Source of the DNA: the human T2T-CHM13v2.0 reference genome, Homo sapiens
Direction: 5' to 3' (one strand)
DNA: 64,000 bases
Assembly: GCF_009914755.1 (NCBI RefSeq)
Contig: NC_060928.1
The number at the start of each line of letters is the position of its first letter. The stretch's first letter is position 1. A program made the translations under genes and the position numbers. Below are positions 43,990 through 57,420 of this stretch, piece after piece. The notes below the pieces were generated by a model that was given only the letters and a program-made list of their open reading frames with translations, was not told where the DNA came from and did no database searches.

Positions 43990-44480
43990 GGTGTGTCAGG
44001 GCTCAACCAAAAAACTATAGAGAATTTAAACCAGGGAATTGGGTTATGCAAGTGATGGGAACTCTGAGAAACCAAAGAGCGGGCAGTGAGGTTAACCAGA
44101 GATTAGCAACACCAGAAAGCCACTATCTTCTGGGGTTACAGAAGGAGGAGGCTGTCATACAGGAGCTTAGGGACCCTAGTTACAGGCAGATCCTGGAACT
44201 AGAGTAGGTTGTCCTGAGCAAGAACTGGGATCATAGAGGAGAGTGGGCTGTCTCCAGAGATGCTGGCTGACTCAGAGAGAGGGGAGGAATGCCCTGGCTT
44301 CTCCTTCCCTCCTACTCTTCAGTCTTCAACTATTGCCTCCTAGTAATTGAACCCAGCTGAGGCAGTCAATGAGGGAGCAGAGAAAATGCAGGCAGCAGAC
44401 AGCCGCCCTCTTCCCGGGCATCTCCGAGATTCAGAGCAGAAGATGAGAAATAGACCCATTAGCAAACAAGCTCAGAACCA
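43990..44480. mobile_element. Ancient LTR remnant (LTR78/79-like)
   Basis: gggaattgggtta...ccagagattagcaacaccagaaagccact resembles old mammalian LTRs; family uncertain. Confidence 0.4.
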
Positions 44481-45479
44481 GCACAAGGACATAAAGATGC
44501 ATGCCAGGCATCTGTCCTCAAGGGCCTTACATTGTAGAAGAGGAAAGGAGACATGCACGCAGTTAACCATAACACAGGGGAAATCAACACTTTCTAGAAT
44601 AGTAATTGATGACTTTTGCAATGGCAGTCTGAGTGGCATCATAATTAAAAACAAACAAAAAACAAAATTGTAGGCATTCAAAATGGAGTTTGTATACGGA
44701 ATTAAATCAGGTATTAATTGAATTTGTATTTCACATTATAATCAGCAAAAACAAAAAGTAAGTTTTAGAAGAAATTTTGGAATATATGTTTATATGTATG
44801 GCTTAATGGAGGAGATTTAAAGATAGGCAACCCAGAAGCTATGAGATAGATACAACTGGTTATACACAATATTTTAAAATTATGACAAAATATATAAAAC
44901 CATATATAAAGGTAGAATACACATACTAAATTGGGAAAGAATGTTTCTAAGAAATGATACAAAAAGAATCAACACCTATAATGTGTCAACAAAGTAAGAG
45001 AAAGACAACCAAATAAAAAAATTAGCAAAAAGTATTGGTAATTCATACAGCAGAGTAAGAGACTATGGTTCAATTTTTGTAAAGCAAAGCATTTTTTTAA
45101 AAAAATCCCTCCTTTCTGGTTTATGAAAATGCAGAGAAATATGACAGATGGCATACCTGGCTGGCTTTTTCCATTATTTACTGGAAGGGAGGAGCAGAGG
45201 GGTATGGAAGGGAGGACCAGGTCATGGGAGAGACAAGCAAAAGCCAAAGGAGTCAATAAGACAAGTTTGTACAACATATACAGTGTAAACATGGTCCCAT
45301 TTATGGGACATCAAGATATTACTTAGCTATTTCTCTGCGTATTTTCTAGATATGGGCAGAAAATTGAATTTGCAGGAACCCAGCTCCTACATCAAATATA
45401 TGTGCCCTGCATCTGACAGTCTTCTGCAATGGAGATAAATGTGTTTGTTGTTCATGTTTAAAAAACAAACAAACAAAAA

Positions 45480-45715
45480 ACACTAATACTTGCTGAGATA
45501 GGAAAAAAGTGGACTGATGTTTCAATTCATTTTGAAGTGCATAAAACAAATAAGATGGATTAATGGATGAAGGGAGGGATTGGTAGATGTGGAATAAAAC
45601 AAGACAGTTAAGATGTTAATGGTAGAATCTAAGTGCTGATGGTATGGGTCTTCACTGTAAAATTTTTTCAACTTATAAGTATTCAAAAAATTTCATAATA
45701 AAATTTTGTGCATTA
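45480..45715 (+). mobile_element. L1ME 3' end
   Basis: gttaatggtagaatctaagtg...ttcactgtaaaatttttcaactt...tttcataataaaat. Confidence 0.7.
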
Positions 45716-45744
45716 ATTAAGTACAACAGAACTTAAATTGTATA

Positions 45745-47038
45745 ACAGGGAACTTCAAAAATTTTGTGGAAAAATGGAATTAAAAGGTAAAGGTAAAAAA
45801 TTTAAACTTTATATCTCAACATAAGCTCCATCAAATTTAAGACACTTGTGTAGGTGATAATATCAGTCATTTAGTTTATCCCTAAAGAACTGAGGGTCCT
45901 GGGAATTTAACCATGTCAATGCAGTCTTTTTTATATTATAAACTGAAGAAAAATAAGTGCCTTTTAAAGATTTCTTTTTTTTAAGATTAGGAAACAAAAA
46001 GTAGCGAGAAGGAGCCAAACAAGGACTGTAAAGTGGATGTCTAATGATTTCCCACTGAAACTCTCACACAATTGCCCTTGAGAGGAATGAGCAGGAGCAT
46101 TGTCATGGTGGAGGAGGACTCTCTGGGGAAGCTTTCCCAGCTATTTTTCTATTAAATCTTTGGCTGACTTTCTCAAAACACTCTCATAACCAGCAGATGT
46201 TATCGTTCTTTGGCCCTCCAGCAAGTTAACAAGTAAAATGCCTGGAGCATCCCCAAAACTATTGCCATGACCTTTGCTTTTGACTGCTCTGCTTTTGCTT
46301 TGCCTGGACCACTTCCATATCTTGTAGCCATTGCTTTGATTGTGCTTTGTCTTCAGGATCATATTGGTAAAGCCATGTTTCATCTCCTGTTACAGTTCTT
46401 TGAAGAAATGCTTCGGGGCCTTGATCTCACTTGTTTAAAATTTCCATTGCAGGCTGTGCTCTTGTCAGTAACTGATCTGAGCACAGTGTCTTTGGCACCC
46501 ACAGAGTAAGAAGTGTACTCAATTTTAGTTTTTCAGTCAGAATTGTGTGAGCTGAACCAATTGAGGTGTCTATAGTGTTGGCTATTATTTAGGCTGTTAA
46601 TCATCAATCCTCTTCAATTAGGGCATAAACAAGATTAAATTTTTCCTCCCAAATTGGTGCAGATGGTCTGCCACTGCAGGCTTCACCTTCAACATCGTCT
46701 TGTCCCTTCTTATAATGAGTTATCCATTTGTATACTGCTGATTTCTTTGAGGCACTGTCCCCATAAACTTTTTGCAAAACATCAGTCATTTCACTGTTCT
46801 CCCATCCAAGCCTCACCATAAATTTGTTATTTGTCCTTGCCTCAATTTTAGCAGAATTCATGTTGCTCTGATAAAGACTCTTTTAAAGCTGGTGTCTTAT
46901 CCTTCTTAAGTGCCTCAAACTAGATCCTAGATGTGCTATACAAGTTAGTACAAATTTACTTTTGTGCAAAAAATTTTTTAATCCATTTGTAGTTTTTTTA
47001 TATTATGCGTTTTGCATAAACTTTTTAAAGACTCTTCA
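45745..47038 (-). mobile_element. Full-length HSMAR2 mariner transposon (1294 bp)
   Basis: Both degenerate ~31-bp TIRs, TA flanks (45743-44, 47039-40), transposase remnant inside. Confidence 0.96.
45809..46861 (-). pseudogene. HSMAR2 transposase pseudogene
   Basis: MNSAKIEARTN.KFMV.LGW...KKSAVYKWIT...SGRPS; VTGDETWLYQYDPEDKAQSKQW; LHHDNAPAHS; YSPCLAPSRYF; C-terminus DGAYVE. Stop after residue 85. Confidence 0.95.
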
Positions 47039-47656
47039 TAATATTCAAAGACCCATCATAATATTCAAAGCTACCTATTTCTTTTTGATGAGTGGGAAAA
47101 AATAGATATTCTGATAAAAGCACTAATAGCGTTTTAGACATAGTAAATATTTTAGTCCATTTATTGTCTTACTTAGGATTTGCGGTTGTATAAACCACAT
47201 TTATTTGATTGGGAAAAAAATCCATTTTGATCATTTGGTAGTAGGGTTTCATCAAATATCTTCTGTGCTTTAAGAGTTTATGTAAGAAACTATGAGAGTC
47301 TGTTTTTTCCCTCCAATTAGGACTTTCAAAAGCTTACTGAAAAACACCCTTCTAAACTTGACAGCCATTGAGAGCTGTTGTGCTGAACTACAATTAGCAC
47401 TGTTAATAATAGCTTTTCCAGGAAAAGAATTTAATGACTATGCAGAATCAAAAACTCTAAATAAAGTATCATTGTGTATATCACTTCAATGTTGTCTTTG
47501 TTTTCCATGTAATAAACAGGCAGAAAAATTGGTTTCACTGCTAAATACTATAACCTTTGAAAACACAACTCTAAAAATATATTCATTCATTCATTCCAAT
47601 GTGCCACACTGTTGGTTACACAGAGGCCATAGAGAGCTAGGAACAGAATTTCCACT

Positions 47657-47805
47657 AGTTTTTTTTTCCTCTTTCTTCTGCTTCTTCTTCTCCATCTCCT
47701 TCTTGTTCTTCCACTTCTTCTCTCTTTCTCTTTTTCTCACTTTTTTTCTCCTAATCTCCTCCTCCTTCTCCCTCCTACCTCTTTCTCTCTCCTTTCCTCC
47801 TGCCT
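47657..47805. repeat. CT-rich low-complexity tract
   Basis: ~150 bp nearly pure pyrimidine on the + strand. Confidence 0.85.
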
Positions 47806-47959
47806 CAGGCTGCCAGCGAGAGATGCCAGGCCATTTCTACATGCTCATTTCTGCCACTAGCGAGATCATACTGAGGCAAAATATAGAGGGATAGAGATGG
47901 TTTCTATCCCTATGTTCTGTGTTCCAAACACAGAAACAAGCACCTTGTAAGTTAAAGCT

Positions 47960-48260
47960 TACTGACTCCTCAAGCCAATCCTAAGAAATAGGTGCATTTT
48001 ACAGAAAAGAAAACTAAGATCCCAAGAAACCATCCAGGGTGACTCAGTCAGTAAAAGGCAAAGCCAGAATCATATACAAGAGAGTAGAATGTGGCAGAAA
48101 AAGCCCTGGGCCAAGAATCCCAGGTTTGAGCTTTTGAACCACTAGTCATCAGCCATGTGGCTCTGGGCAGTCATCCACACCTCTGTAAGCCTCACTACCC
48201 ACTTGATAAAATTAGAAATCTAGATTCGTCATTTGTGAGATGTTTTTCTAGCTTTGACAT
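47960..48260. mobile_element. Two adjacent, oppositely oriented MIR remnants
   Basis: cattttacagaaaagaaaactaag (minus); agccatgtggctctgggcagtcatccacacctctgtaagcctca (plus). Confidence 0.65.
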
Positions 48261-48352
48261 CTTGTTATTCAGTGATGCCCAGTTTCTTTATCCACAAATC
48301 CTCTTAATCCTGCTATTCATAGACTCTCACTCCCTTTTTAGATTCATACATT

Positions 48353-48570
48353 GTTTTGTTTTGTTTTGTTTTTAGAGACAGGGTCTTGCTGTGTTGCCCA
48401 GGCTGGAATGCAGTGGTGTGATCATAGCTCACTGAAGCCTCAAACTCATAAGCTCAAGCAATTCTCTTGTCTCAGCCTCCTGAGTAGCTGTAACTACATG
48501 TGCACACCATTATTCCCAGCTAATTAAAAAAAAAAAAAAAGTTTTTTAGAGACAGAGTCTCTCTGTGTTG
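48353..48570 (-). mobile_element. 5'-truncated AluJ
   Basis: Right arm plus part of left arm; TSD tcatacatt (48344-52, 48571-79). Confidence 0.9.
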
Positions 48571-50027
48571 TCATACATTTTTTATGCAATAAATACTGAA
48601 CAATTCCACATATATGTTGAAATTAGACAAGCTATCTATATAGTGTATATAATCATTGAATAAATGGCATAATTAATTCGTAAGTGCTGCCTCAGCTGCA
48701 GAAAGAAAGCCATTGTGTTTGAGGATCAGGTGGTATCACACAGGACTTCCTGAGTTTCAAACAGGGAAGGCCATTTGTTAAGGATAGATAAGAGTATGTC
48801 TTGGAATGTTAATGTCCTGTTGAATACAGTTTGGGAAATGCAGTCCCAGTATTCTGAAATTTGATTTTAAATTATTTAGGCATATACTGAAACACACATA
48901 TAAGATTTACATAGATGCATAATAGAATCATGTACATTATTTTCCTATAAGTTTGTTGTTGTTGTTGTTGATTTTCCCCTTATGCCATTAATTGTGCATC
49001 TCCTTCCATACCCTCCCACTTGTGCTACCAGGGAAATTCATATTAAAAACTTAGGACATACCAATTATCCATACTCATATAATAGTAGAAAACATATGCG
49101 TGTATTTAGATGTGCATATACATATAGAGAGAGTTTTCTTGTCATGGATTTAAAATGGAATCATAGTATATGCACCCCTTATCAGCTTGCTGTTCTCACG
49201 TGATAATATCTCATGCAATTCCCTCTAAGGAATTTGGCTTAGTTCTAACTAAATTTCTTTTAAGTGTTTTAATAATGTTCCATAGTGTATATTGCTACTA
49301 TATTCAATCATTCCTTTTGATGGAAAATTATCTTCTTTTCATTTTTTTGGTCATTGCTAACAATGCTGTAGTAAACACCCTACTATGCACATCCTTATGC
49401 TCTTGTGCCCTTTTTCCTTATGGGTCATATTCTCAGGGTGGAATGGAAGGCCAAAATTATATGTGTTTTAAATTTGAATAAACATTAGTGAAAGTATTGT
49501 AATAATGAATATTTCCTTCAGCAATGTAGAAGAGTGGTTGCTTCCACTTATTCTCACCAGTAATGGGTGTATTGTTTCATTTTTACCAGGCTGAGTGTTA
49601 CAAAGTACTATCTCCTTCCTAATTCAATTTAAATCTTCTTAACTGCCGGTGAGCAATTTTCTTAGATGTTTACTATCCATATGATTTGCTCTTCTATAAT
49701 TGCCTATTCCTATTTTTATTCATTTTTGTTTTTAAATTTTTGTTGGTCATTTTGTTGTCAATTTGTAAGAGCTCGTTATATATTATAGGTAATGAACATT
49801 TGTAATCTGAGGGGCTAGCTTTATAAAAAAATTAATTGTCTTTATCTTTTGTCATAAAAATTTTGCAATTTTTATGTAGTTTAGTATACCTCTTCTTTCT
49901 TTTGTAAATTCTAAATTTCTCATTTTGTTCAGATTTTTTCTACATGTTATGTGCAGAGTCTAATTTTCTTCTAGGATTTTTTTTTGATATCTAAGTTTTT
50001 AAAAAAATTATTTGAAGTTTATTTTTA

Positions 50028-50104
50028 TTTTTTTCTGGTAAAATGCTTTTTAAAAAAATTTTATTATTATTATACTTTAAGTTTTAGGGTACATGTGCAC
50101 AACG
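50028..50104 (-). mobile_element. Extremely 5'-truncated young L1PA insertion (77 nt)
   Basis: Minus strand cgttgtgcacatgtaccctaaaacttaaagtataataataataaaa; 15-bp TSD tgaagtttattttta (50013-27, 50105-19). Confidence 0.92.
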
Positions 50105-51213
50105 TGAAGTTTATTTTTAAATAAAGTGTAGGATAGTTATCTAACTTTATTTTCTTCCAAATGAATGGTCATATTAGACAGTACGGTTTATTAAATAACC
50201 CAGCCTTTTAACACTAAATTAAAATACTAACTTTAAAGTGGAATGCATTAAATTTTCTAATGCACCCAGATATATTTATAGATTATCCATATTGTGCAAT
50301 CATCTATCTGTCTGTTTCTTGATCAATATCATACCGATTTGATTACAAAGTTTAGCTAAAGATTATGATACCTGGAAAGTCAAGTCCCCTCTCACTTTTC
50401 TTTTAGAAATATTTCTTGGCCCTTCTGAAGCATCTATTTTTTCTTCCAAGAAAACATTAAGAATATTTTAAATTAAAAGTGAAAAATTCTATTTGGAATT
50501 GTAATAAATTTCTAATACTTTGGTAATAATATTTATATAATATCAAATATTTTCATTTAAGAATACAACATACCTTTTTATTTGTTTTTGGCATTTGTCC
50601 TTAAAAATTTTCCTCCAAACTTTGTAGATATGACAATATTGTTATGTTTATAAGATATGTGCTATTTTTTACACTTTCACTTCTAAATGCTTATTATGGA
50701 TAGAAAAATGTAATTGATTGTTTTATATTTAAGAAGTATCCAGCTACCTTTTAAAAATTTCTTAATAATTCTAGCAGTGTTTCTTTTGTATTTTGTCTTT
50801 TTGAGACTCGTTTGTTAGATAAACAATTCAAACTTCAAAAAATGTTATTTTTTCCTACTGTTCAAATTAATAATTTTATTGTTAGCAGTATTTTCATATT
50901 GCTACATACTCCACATCACTATTGTATAGCAATGTGATAAAAATCCCTCTCTGATTTCTGATTTTAATTGAAATTATTTTAGTGTTTGGCAATTTAGAAT
51001 AATATTTGATGTGTTTTCTTTAATAGGTAACATTTTAAAGTAGCTTTCTTCTATTCTTATTTTTATTAGTACTTTACTTAGGAACGGCTGCTGAATTTTG
51101 AATTTTTCATTTTCTATTGATATAACCAAAATATTTTTCTATTTAATTGTTATTTAATGGGTTATGTTGCTAGCTTTCCTGACATTAAACAGTTCATTTC
51201 TAGAATAGAATTA

Positions 51214-51522
<309 letters not shown>

Positions 51523-53327
51523 ATTATACTGGATCACAGAGGGTGGACTTTATCTGCTAATATTGTTAATATTTGGAATATATGTTTATAGGTGAGTTTT
51601 GGTACAGTTTTAATTACATTTTGATATTTAAGAGTGCTAATTTCATAATATTAATTGGGTGGCATTTAATCTTTTGTTGATGTCTGGAATGGTTTAAATA
51701 ACATTGGAATTATTTGTTAATAAGATTAGATAAAATTCAGCTGTGAAACCATCTGGTACTGGTGATTTATTCAGTTATGAATAAATACTTTTCTAATTTA
51801 AACAATTTTCTAATCTCTTCTTTGGTAATTAGTGTATTGATGTTTTCTTTTTCTTGAATTAATTTTGATTATTTATATATCGCTGGAAAAATGTCCCTTT
51901 ACTATAGATTTTCAAATTTGATGCAATCAAATTGCATGTTATTGTCTTATAATTCTTTTATTCTTTTCTATATTTATCATTGTCTCCTTTTTAATATCTT
52001 CTTTCCAGTCTCTGACATTTTGCTTTCTCTTTTCTTCTTTTAGTGAGACTTACAAAGGGTTTATTTAGCCTATTGATCTTTTCAAATAACTAGCTTTTAA
52101 ATGTATCTATTCTTTCTTTTTACATTTCTGTTTTCTGTTTCATTACTTTCAACTTTTATATTTACAAATTCTCTTTTCCTTGTTTCAGTATTTGTTATTT
52201 ATTTTACATTTTAAGTTGAATGTTTAGAGTCTTTAATGTTTTTCTTTTTAGAAAATAATGACTTAAGGCTATAAATTTTCCTTTGTGTACAGCTTTCACT
52301 GGGTTTTACAATGTGTTCTTTTTATTGCTTTATGTGATTGTTTTCCACTTTAATTTTGATATCTACTTTGATTCAATAATTAGCAAAAAGTATGTTTACA
52401 AATTTGTAAGTAGTTACAATATTTTGATCACCTTTTTATTATTTATATATTAAATTATTGCATTACAATGAAAATAAAATGACTTGTGAAATCTCTTCTT
52501 TAAAAAAATTTTAAGAGCTTTTTTGTGGTCAAGTATATGTTGAATTTTAGTAAATATTCGATAGATTTGAATATCTACATATAGATATAGATATTCAATT
52601 CTCCATTTAAGAGTTATAAGTGATAAAGTTCTCTCTATATATATATTTAAAATATACAAATTTATAAATATTTATATATTAATATATTATATAACATATA
52701 AAAACATATATTAATATATCTATTTTGGAGACAGAAGCTAGCTCTGTTGCTCAGGCTGTAGTGCAGGGGCTCTGTTTATTTTTAAATTGAGTTTGTTGGT
52801 TGTTCTTTTCAATTTCTCTGTGCCTTAAATTTTTTTTTCTATTAAAGCTCTGTGCTTGATTTGAGAAGAGGTATATTTGTCTGCCACATCAATGTTAAGC
52901 ACCCCTCTTCTGCTCATAGTCAGACACATTTCTCTGCTCCTATTTATAAACAAGATACCATTTTTTTTCCACCAAGGCATTCCACTTCTAATTCTCATCC
53001 CACTCACTCCACTAAAATAAATTATTTAGCATACTTTCACTTGCTTATCTTCTCTGCTTTATCCCATCAGATGAGAAATTTGGAATGTTTTTATTCCTCA
53101 ATCTCCTGTCTACCCCAAACCCACCACAAGCTCCTAGGTTTTGTCGACACAGTGAAACACTTTTAATTCTAGACTCATTAGGCTTTCATTTCAGTGTATC
53201 TTTTTATTTCAAGAATCCTCATTTAGCACTTAAACCCCACATTCTCAGATTCTCATTATATATTTAGATTTAAATTTATATTTATTTTTATATATAAATA
53301 TAGATAGATATAGTTAGATAGCTGGAT

Positions 53328-53348
53328 TGTGTGTGTGTGTGTGTGCGT

Positions 53349-53380
<32 letters not shown>
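53328..53380. repeat. (TG)n microsatellite with three CG interruptions
   Basis: Directly visible, 53 bp. Confidence 0.98.
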
Positions 53381-54284
53381 ACTGTATTAAAATGCTCTTC
53401 AATTTCTTTGTTCAACTGATTTCCCCAGGAGCTCTATACCCCTGGGTACCTGTATCCTTTGTTCTTCTTATTTCAGGTTGTTATTGTAATGGGTTATTTT
53501 TCTTTGTGGACTCATGGGGACCTGGATACAGATTTTGGAGTGCCAGTGGTCCCCTAAGTGAGGGAAAGCAAAGCATCCCCTGCCTAACTCCCTGAGGAAT
53601 TGTATAACAGGGAGGCAGACAGACTCTGTCTAAGCAATGAAAAGATCATTCAAGATCATTCCTATTCCTCTTTCTACTCACACTTTTCTATCGTCAAAAA
53701 TAGGGAAGTCTCAGCCCACCAGACATCCCTCCTTGGGCTTTGTGGAAGTAAGACTAAGAACCCTCACATAAGATCAAGTTGAACTTAGCTGCCTGGAGTG
53801 CACAGAACTCTGAGGCTTTTCCCAGCATTCATCAAGCACAAACTTTATTTTGAGGGTATCTATGTCTGGTTTTCAGATAAATGCCTAACCCATGTTGGGA
53901 CAGAGCCCCACATTTTCTCCTCTATCAAGACTTTTTGGAACTCAATACTTTACACTCAACAGCTCACCAGCACAAATTGCTGCTTGTCTCAACATAGACA
54001 AATAAATTCAAGCTAGGAATGGATAGGAAATAAAATACTGAAATTCTATCACTATCTTTCCATAATCCTCTTAGAACAGAATTACAGATTTTTAATTAAT
54101 TAATTATATGAGTGATTAGAACACCTTTAAAATGAAGGAGTAAGCAGAGGTGAAAAAGGGCAGGATCTGGTCATGTGGAATAGAATGTGGTGGAAGCTAT
54201 TTTTATGGACTGCCCAAAATCCTTCAAGTAAACACTACCTTTCCTATGTCTCAGCTCATGTGATGCCAGCCTTGATAAATTACA

Positions 54285-54680
54285 TTATTAGTTAGAAACA
54301 TTTCTGTAGCAAGTAACAGAAAAATAAATATATATGTCTTATATAAAAATGGAATTTATTTGCTCATCTAACTATCTGGAGCCAAGCTGACTCTGGGAAG
54401 AATAGGAACATTGGACTTTGGACAATTACTATTCAATTATGTTATTGGTGACTAGTTTCTGCCTAACTTCTATTTTTTTCTGTGGCAAAACTATTCCATC
54501 TCAAGAGTCTAAGATATCTACCCAAAACCTCAGGGATATTGGGTTTCTTGGTCATGTCCAATGGCAAAGAAGTCTTTTCCATTAGCTCACCAAGAAGAGC
54601 ATGTGAACTTCTTTCCCAGAAGCTCCCAGCAAACATCAACCACATTTCATTGGCCCTGTGTGGATCAAATACTGTAATGG
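54285..54680 (-). mobile_element. Old MLT1 (J/K/L-like) LTR remnant
   Basis: tgtagcaagtaacagaaaa...ggaatttatttgctcat...tttcccagaagctcccagcaaac...tttcattggcc. Confidence 0.6.
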
Positions 54681-54729
54681 ACAAAAAACTGTCCTATTCT
54701 TTGGCTTGTACAAAAGTGATCAAGGTAAC

Positions 54730-55090
54730 ATAAAGACACACATAGTTTCCACCAAAACTATGTTTGTCAGGGTCACCAAAGATTTCTCCTTTGACAAATC
54801 TAGGGATCAATTCACGTTCCTCATTTTACTTGATTCATTAGTAGTATTTGAAACAGTTGATCATCCACACCTTCTTAAAAGACCGCTCCCTTTGCTTCCA
54901 TGACTGTACGCTCCTGGTTTTTCTCCCACCTCACTGGCTGCTTGAGTTTAGTCTCCTTTGCCGGTTCTTCTTCAAGGTCCAGTATCTTATAGATGGAGTG
55001 GGCTTGAAACAGTTTTTAGACCTCTTCTTTTTTCTATCTATACTCACTGCCTTCAAAATCTTAATTTCATGGCTCTAAATATGAACCATA
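54730..55090 (+). mobile_element. L2 RT-region remnant
   Basis: STKTMFVRVTKD...FLILLDSLVVFETVDH resembles L2 RT STETAL.KVTND...LILLDLS.AFDTVDH. Confidence 0.8.
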
Positions 55091-55179
55091 CAAATATGTA
55101 CAATAAACATCATCATCATCTAGAAGATACCAAATCAGCGTCATCTTTCTTATCACTAAATGCAAGAGAAATGTTATTT

Positions 55180-55365
55180 GATTTACTGCTAGCAGAACCC
55201 TATCATGTAGATTCTGTTATTATCCCTGTTTTAAAGGTGAGAAAATGAGACTTAAGAGAATGTAAATAACTTGGGCAAGATCACACAGTGAGAAAATGAT
55301 AGAGCCAAGCCTGGATCTCAACAGATACATTCCAGAACCGTTCTTAACCAGCACATGTTACCGTC
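55180..55365 (-). mobile_element. MIR
   Basis: ttattatccctgttttaaaggtgagaaaatgagacttaagagaatgtaaataacttgggcaagatcacacag. Confidence 0.8.
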
Positions 55366-55789
55366 TCTATGGTGTCAATAATTTCTTGATATGTATCACT
55401 TCTGAAAGGCATTTATTTGCTCATAGGTGGTAATCTGAAATTATTAGGATGTCTTGCTCTCAGGAGCCTATTTCCCTGATGTCAAGGATTTCCTAAAATT
55501 TAAAAATTTCTACTGTTTTAAATGACTTCAGAATTTTCAGTAGTGAATTTTCCTGCTCCTGGGAAAATTTTAGATGCCAAATTACCATTGATTCTATTTT
55601 CCTGAAAAAAAAAAAATTGCTCAACACACTAAAAAGAAGAAGCCTGAACAGTCTTTGAAACATATTTCCCTGGCTTTATTTTGTTCTCAACCATCTTATT
55701 GAAATGATAACTTTGGAGAGTAAAGCATAAAAATAATAAAATAAATAAGGTGATAAAAAACAATGAAATAAAATAACTTTGCTTTCTTG

Positions 55790-57420
55790 TCCTCCTTTTT
55801 AAATCTGTATTCCATCTTCCCCATTCCATTAAAATAACCTCTCAATTACCAAATTCAATAGACATTTTCCAGTCTTTGTTTTCCTCAGTTTTCACCTGGT
55901 ATTTAACAATGCTGATCATTCTATCCTTGAAACTATTTTCTCCTTTGACTTCCATGACATTATGCTCTTCTGAATTTCCTACTTCCATGACATTTTCTTT
56001 AGAATACTACTTATGCAAGGTATGTTTTAAGCTTGGTTTTCTTCACAGTTTTAAGTCCTCTTATCTCCCTGGATAATGTCATCCATTTAAATTGTCATTA
56101 AAAAACAAATCACCCCTGGGAGGCCGAGGTGGGCCGATCACAAGGTTGGGAGTTCTAGAGCAGCCTGACCAACATGGTGAAACCCCTTCTCTACTAAAAA
56201 TACAAAAATTAGCTGGGCGTGGTGGCACATGCCTGTAATCCCAGCTACTCAGGAGGCTGAGGCAGGAGGATTGCTTGAACTTGTGAGGCAGAGGTTGCAG
56301 TGAGCAGAGATGGCGCCTCTGCACTTTAGCCTGGAAGACAGAGCAAGACTGTCTCAAAAAAACAAAACAAAACAAAACCAAAAAAAAAAAAAGAAAGAAA
56401 GAAAGGAAAAGAAAAACAAAAAACAAACCGAATCAACCTAAATACCTATCTTTAGGAAGAGGTCTTCAGTCCAGCTAAATATGTATCTTTGGCTTGAGGT
56501 CTTCAGTCCAGACTGAAGGCAAGTCTATAAGTCCTTCAGTCAACATATGTAGAGCTAAGTAATCTGGCTCCCCGCGCCCTATGTGTATTAGTGATATACC
56601 ACAATCTCTACCCAAATACATAAAACTACTTCCTCTGTTTTCTCACTTTCAGCAGCCAGTTGGTCAGCAGTTGTTATATTGCAAGTCTGCCTTTACAGCA
56701 TCATCGCTCTGGCCTTGTAGTTCAAGCACTGTTCATGTTTAGCCTGAACTGTTATAATAGTTTACTATTGGATTTTTTCTGATTTCAGACTTGCCCCTGC
56801 AATCTTTTGTCCGTATTGTTACCAGAGTGACCGTTCCAAATTGCAAATCTGACCATATCATTCCCCAGATGAGTTCCTTCAGTGACTCCCTGATGGTCAG
56901 AGGGTGACGTTCAAACTCAACAAAGTCATTTGTAATATGGTTCCAGCCGGCTTCTCCAGCTCAAGTTCTTCCTCTCCTCTTTCTCCTTTTCATTCCCTTT
57001 CCCTCTCTCCTTTATTTTCTTTTCTTCTCACACCCTTTTCTTCCTCTTTTTTCACTGTTAAACTGTTCATAGTTCTTTGAAGACCATAGGATTGTTTCAT
57101 AGGCCTAGAATATCTGAAACATCTTTTCCTATGTTGTTTATCCATTGAACTCCTGTTTATCCCACCAAGGTTGGCTCATATACTATGCTTAGTATATATA
57201 ATTTCTCCAAACTGAGTTAATTACCTACTTTCTGGTACTACTTTTGGAACTTGCTCACACTTTATTAAACATAAAGCTATCTAGTTACAACTTATTTGAA
57301 CTCTTTGGCTCTCAGTAGATGGCAAGTTCCTTGAGGGTAGTAATTCTGTTCTTATCTTTTTATTCCTTATCACAGTGTTCAGCACATTATATAAAGTCAA
57401 GCTTTATATAATTTGCTAAG
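55790..57420 (+). mobile_element. L2 remnant running to its 3' end, interrupted by an Alu
   Basis: RT-region words at 55800-56000; caaatctgaccatatcattcccc; gcaagttccttgagggtag near the end. Confidence 0.75.
56116..56425 (+). mobile_element. 5'-truncated AluS
   Basis: Begins at tgggaggccgagg; compound A-rich tail. Confidence 0.92.

Noticed and set aside
47292-47894. Longest ORF in the track (200 aa)
   Set aside because: Runs through an L2-like piece and a CT-rich tract that lacks stops; F/S/L-biased with no recognisable domain.
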